A DNA stretch of 64,000 bases from Chrysemys picta bellii (taxonomy: Eukaryota). The stretch covers positions 32,612,001 to 32,676,000 of the forward strand of contig NC_088804.1 in assembly GCF_011386835.1 (NCBI RefSeq), given 5' to 3'. The position numbers and the translations under genes are program-made. The notes beneath the pieces were generated by a model, which had not been told where the DNA came from, made no database searches, and saw only the letters and a program-made list of their open reading frames with translations. Shown here in pieces: positions 62,414-64,000 of the stretch. Position 1 is the stretch's first letter. Every line of letters starts with the position of its first letter.

Positions 62414-64000
62414 ATTTGCATGGGCTAACTTTCTTATTACGAATGATTCTCCCTCAATGAAATACTAGTTTCTTGGCATCTAGGAACAAATTTAGAAGAA
62501 TGCACTATGCACTGTACTCTAGCTGCTTGTCCAGCATAACATTTATTCATGTTACTCGATGCTAACTCAGCACCTCAAGTGTTCTGTGGAATGTTTGTGC
62601 TCATGAAATATTTTCTTCCCAGCATGAGGCAGTTGCCAGAGTCAGTAACCTCCAGCATGCTTGAAATGCTAGCAATACTAAAAGTCACTGCTTCTCTTAT
62701 TGTGGCAGCTGACACAACAAGCAATGGTGGTGAACAATTTTTCTTCTCATGACAATATGTAACTTGTTTAATTGTCTTCCTGTTGGAGTTAAACAAACTG
62801 AAAATTCAGATGGCAGAGCACTGCCATTTTTCAAATGAAATAGCTGAAACAGAAAATCTATAAGCAGGGCACACAATTCAAAAAGTTCCTCCATTTGTTG
62901 TTGAGGATATTAGTGCCATGATTTAAAAATAAAAAATATAGAATACTGAAATTTTCAGTGACATATGGTTTCCATAATATATTAATTCCTCTTATTGGTT
63001 TAAAAAAAAAAGTATTCAACGCTGTAAAAGTTATATAGATGTCTCCATTCAATGTGGAAAAACAAACCTTCTTAGCGTGGTCTCTGCTACAATATTTGTG
63101 CTGATAGCACGTGGAGTAAAGGAGATAGGAGCAATGCTGTTTTTTTAGTTATCTTATCCTTCACTGGCCACTTGAGCAAGTGACTTGTAAGAATTTTCTC
63201 ATATATAGGTTGTTTGAACTCATCTTAAAAACCAAGTAAGTACCATAGGATGTCATAGTGAGGTGTTTATTATAACAGAAGTGTTCTTAGGTTTCACAGT
63301 TTTAAATCAGAGCTGAACAAAGAGCTCTAGGGTTCTATTTACAGTGAATTCTATGTGTGGTGAAGGGTTATGTGAGAATTCCAGACCATGTCTACCTACT
63401 CACACAAATATCGGCTGCACTATAGAAGCTTATGGCTTTTTTCGTATTTAAGGAAGAGGCCTACCTAAGAAAGAAAAAGTAATGGGTCATTGTAGTTTTA
63501 ATTATATAATGTTGCCTCACATCAATCATGTTTGAATCATATAATTTCCTGTCCGAATTCATATCCTAGGATGAACACTGATCAGCTTTTCTCAGTTAAG
63601 AATCTTGCATTTAAGCCTCATAGTTGGTTTGACTTATCAACACTAATGCCTATTTAATATACTCACTATTCACAAATTGGTAATGTAAAGGCCAGGCAAT
63701 ACCAGATTTAGACCAGGAGCTCTTCAGAACTTTCCAGTGCCATCCCTCCTGTTATCAGTTTTTCCCTTTTGCCCGTAAATAAAGCATCATCACCATATTC
63801 TTTCCAGTAGTAGCTTTTTCTTCAGAAACTTCATTTAAGGTAGAAAGAATGAATATATACGTAGTAACTAGAGTCAACTGCAGCCAAACAACAAATTCTC
63901 GTCTATCCTATCAAAAAGACCAAAAAACACAACAATGATACACATGAGCAAAAAGTAAGTGGCAATAATACAATATACAAGATGAATGTATATACCATGC

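Noticed and set aside
1-64000. CRISPR arrays, operons, defence systems and intact tRNA/rRNA genes
   Set aside because: The window is eukaryotic. There are no regularly spaced repeats, Shine-Dalgarno-linked ORF clusters or intact structural RNA genes.

Overview
This is vertebrate genomic DNA, not prokaryotic: AT-rich, CpG-depleted and mostly intronic or intergenic. The repeat content points to a turtle (Testudines): tortoise-type Pol III SINE, turtle-type CR1 3' ends, Penelope pseudo-LTRs, and hAT and Harbinger MITEs. No gene could be named, and nearly all ORFs in the track look like chance frames or transposon debris. Well-supported features are an L2 RT fragment, several CR1 3' ends, a Penelope GIY-YIG remnant, two palindromic Penelope termini with hammerhead-ribozyme-like motifs and clean TSDs, four hAT MITEs with 8-bp TSDs, Harbinger MITEs, a probable Gypsy solo LTR, two LF-SINEs, one AmnSINE1-like copy, microsatellites and a 395-N gap. 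The most interesting unexplained signals are an Ala-rich decayed coding relic at about 31.0-31.5 kb, a CpG-rich open frame running into the gap, and a few isolated candidate exons. I found no evidence of a new multi-gene system. Family names come from by-eye recall of consensus sequences and need RepeatMasker/Dfam confirmation.
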